Assembly: GCA_021613535.1 (NCBI GenBank)
Contig: CP075494.1
Location: 11,098,001 to 11,162,000, forward strand
DNA length: 64,000 bases
From: Adineta vaga
Lineage: Eukaryota > Animalia > Rotifera
Direction of reading: 5' to 3'
Shown: positions 60,930 to 64,000 of the stretch, piece by piece
Position numbering within the stretch: the first letter of the stretch is position 1
How the letters are laid out: the number at the start of each line of letters is the position of its first letter
The notes under the pieces: model-generated
Seen by the model: only the letters and a program-made list of their open reading frames with translations
What the model was told of the DNA's origin: nothing
Databases searched by the model: none
Translations under genes and position numbers: made by a program

Positions 60930-62036
60930 TGTGACTCAATACGTGAATCATTGTGTGTATAATCTTCGACATATAAACTGTACATTGGCTAAATGATGAT
61001 TATTTAATAAAAGATTTTTGATTGTTTTTCTTATAAAGAAAAATTCAAATGGTTCATTTTTTAAAGTTGGTTTTTTTTTAAATAAATAAATTCTTTTTTT
61101 TAATGTGTTTTGAAAGCAAAGAAAAATGTGAAGTTATGAGTCGTTTTTAATAAGTTGAATAGTCAGTGTCATACTCCATCTTTCCGAGAAAGTCGACCGT
61201 CTACGCAATATTGACTGTATGAGTTTTAAAATGCGATGCGCCTATATTTTATTGTTTTTTTCTTTGTTCGTTCTTCCGAAGAAAAAGAAAGAAAGTTTTT
61301 ACCATGCAGCCTTCTGTTTTATTTGCCTTCTTCTATTTATCGAGTCATTTAACAAAGCAAAAAAAAGAAGAAAATTTCGCATACAAAAATTGAAACGTTC
61401 GCAAAAAATTTATTTGAAAAAGAAAAATTTTCATCGACACATGTTAATACATACGCCAGGAACTATAATGTTTTACTTCCGAGACACGTAACACAATTGA
61501 TTGAAATTTCGTGAATCAAGTAAGATGGAAAAGAAAACAGAAATTTGCAATTTCAGTAGACCATTGATTATGTAGATAGAAATTCAATGATGTGTATAAT
61601 CATTATCAATATTCTCAATGTATTATGTCGAAATTATATTGCTACTATTATCTAAAAATGTTGTTAACAAAAAGAAATTCATTATACTACTTTTGTATGT
61701 GATATGACTCATGATTATTCATTATAATAGAAATTGTATGGATTTAAGTTGAATATGTTAACACTTTGGTAGTTATTAAACTATGATTTAAAATGAAATC
61801 TTGTTCATAGATTTGATTATGTAATGATATTCTGATAACTTACTATTTCGTCATGTTTATCTCGGAATAATGAACAGCACAGAAAAAAACCATCTTTGAA
61901 ATTATTCAGACTACGCCATCAAGTTTCTTACTGTTTTATATGTGTATAATATGTATGTATTATAAGTGTCAGAGTGCTTTGATTCTTTTAATTGAGTATC
62001 TTTCGGCTGTAGCTTTATGTACACATATCATAATTC

Positions 62037-62080
62037 TTCGACGAACCATCCATTCGGAGAAAAATCGTCTATTCGGCGAA
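62037..62080. promoter_or_regulatory. Cluster of three GAS-like palindromes (TTC-N3-GAA) upstream of STAT-like copy F
   Basis: TTCGACGAA 62037-62045, TTCGGAGAA 62053-62061, TTCGGCGAA 62072-62080. Confidence 0.5.
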
Positions 62081-62483
62081 GGTTTTTCAAGGCCTTGTTT
62101 TTCTTTTCGTTGGTTTCTTTCGTATATAATTCTTTAACCTTTATTTCAATAGTGAAATAGATGACATGAATCAAAGAAAATATGATTCTGGATTTTCGTT
62201 TCTAATTCCAAAAACGTTTTTGGCAAATTTAGATGAATTATGATCAATTACAATTCTTTCTATTCTGAATGTATACTCATTTCGAGAGAGAAAATGTAAG
62301 CGAATATCTGCTATAAGTAAGAATATTTTACTTTTTATATTACAAAAGGTTATGTAGATGTCAATGAATCAAATATTACTCAATTTCTAAATAAATGTGT
62401 ATAATGAACTTTTAACTGAATTTCAAAATTATATACAGAGGACTTTTACCTATTAGATTTGATCTATTTTCAGATTAGTAATT

Positions 62484-64000
62484 ATGTTCCCAAGTAAATC
62501 GAAAAACAAACGATTAGCAGCACGATGTAAGTTTTGATCTTGATAACGATGATTGATCTATTGAATTTCTACATAGCACCCTCACCATCATCATATACAT
62601 TCACATTAGTAAGTATGGTTAAAATTATGGAACGAAGAGATTCATTTAAAAAGCGCTATTCTAGACTCATCGAAGTGGCCTTTTCGAATGTTATCAGTTT
62701 CTTTCGCCGAATGAATATTCCGAAAAAACATTCGGTTTGCTTGCTTTTCTTGTTCGAAGTTCTGTTGGTGAAATCAATTTTTCACCAATCATGGATGAAG
62801 TAGAAAAACGTAATCAATCAGGGTAAAAATATTGATATTCATTTGAATGTATTTTTCTAATTTACATCGTGTTTATAATTAAGATCATTAATTGATTATG
62901 TCAAAGTCTTAGAAGAGAAACGAACAGGTCTACCAATCAATGAAGCATCTATTGAAAAGTGTTTAATGTTAAATCGATTGATTTCTTGTATAAAACAAGT
63001 CAGTTGTTTTCTTTTACCATTGAATTCTGTACATCAAATTTCTTTGTCATAGAATATTGCTGAAATACTTACGCTTTTCTCCGATATTCGTCTCGATATG
63101 AAACTTAAATTAGTAGATCAGCTAATCAATCAAACAATCAATTATCCAAATGTAAATTTCATTTCATTGATTAATTGATGAATTTGCATAGGAAACTCTT
63201 GTTTTCATAGGATTTTCGACGACGTGAACTCGATTTTAATCATCGAAGAAATGCTCAGGACATGCGCCGTCTATTTTATCTTAGTCATAAAGAAGCAAAA
63301 GAACCACCCAGTTTCATTCATTTACAAAATAGGTAAGTCTTCTCGTCGATAATATAATCTACATGAAAGATTGATGATTTCTGTTGATAATTTAGAGTAA
63401 CAGAACATCTAAGTTATCTAATTGATGATAAAATGCGATATGATTCCAAGTTTCGTGATACTGGTATTAAAGAATTAACAAATATAATGAGCAAGTAATC
63501 ATTCTCTTTTCGATAATAACAGTTTCGATAGCAAACTTACTTTCAGTTCCTTTATGATTGTTACACAACCACATTTTGGTATTAATCCTGTCATTATATA
63601 TGATCGAAAAGCAGGAAATACTGAATATACAGCAAAAGTATCAGTAACAATTTTTTCATTGTTACATGATTTCATGCAAACACATCCGAATACAATCGAA
63701 TTATACGATATCGGTAAAGAATTTCGATCGTAATTCTTTATCTATTTGTTTTTATTTGATTATTTATAGAAATGAGTTTATGGCCATCATCACCACTTTA
63801 TAAACTTGATGAATCTCAAACACTTTCATGGAAAACTTGTCAAATTCAAATATCATCAGATGATCGACCACGAATGATTCAATATGCTGAATTATCTTTT
63901 ATAACAATCATACCAGCAAATAAAAATAATCCTCGTATGCATTTTAGTGATGCATTACATTCATTAAAATTCGCTATTAAAGTTCATGTAAGATTCTTAT
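62484..64000 (+). CDS. Divergent STAT-like protein, array copy F (truncated by the window end; closest to copy E)
   Basis: PNEYSEKTFGLLAFLVRSSVGEINF, EKCLMLNRLI, DMRRLFYLSHKEAKEPP, SFMIVTQP, FSLLHDFM, DALHSLKFAIKV; exon structure similar to E. Confidence 0.7.

Overview
AT-rich, gene-dense eukaryotic DNA with many short (~50-65 nt) GT-AG introns. The gene content suggests an invertebrate, most plausibly a bdelloid rotifer (inference only): innexin, a neuroligin-like gene, an H2A.Z with an extended tail, an orphan rhodopsin-like GPCR and a bacterial-type glucosidase carrying spliceosomal introns. The first ~41 kb holds, in order: a GT10 fucosyltransferase 3' end, an uncharacterised microbial-type protein, GGPS1, choline/ethanolamine kinase, IFT52, a LITAF protein, two near-identical eIF5 genes flanking a GPCR, a neuroligin-like gene, innexin, septin, RNF113A/Cwc24, H2A.Z, a MOSC/mARC gene, a 12-repeat orphan protein, a Sushi-pentraxin-EGF secreted protein and a GH13 oligo-1,6-glucosidase lacking its catalytic nucleophile. 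The main result is at ~41.9-64 kb: a head-to-tail array of at least six highly diverged paralogues that the ORF track shows only as fragments. Spliced by eye, the five complete copies show the ordered STAT architecture (partial coiled coil, DNA-binding domain, linker, SH2 with the conserved Arg, then a post-SH2 Tyr) without a recognisable STAT N-domain. The sixth copy is cut by the window edge. Each copy has TTC-N3-GAA (GAS-like) sites upstream. Exon boundaries were read manually and are approximate.
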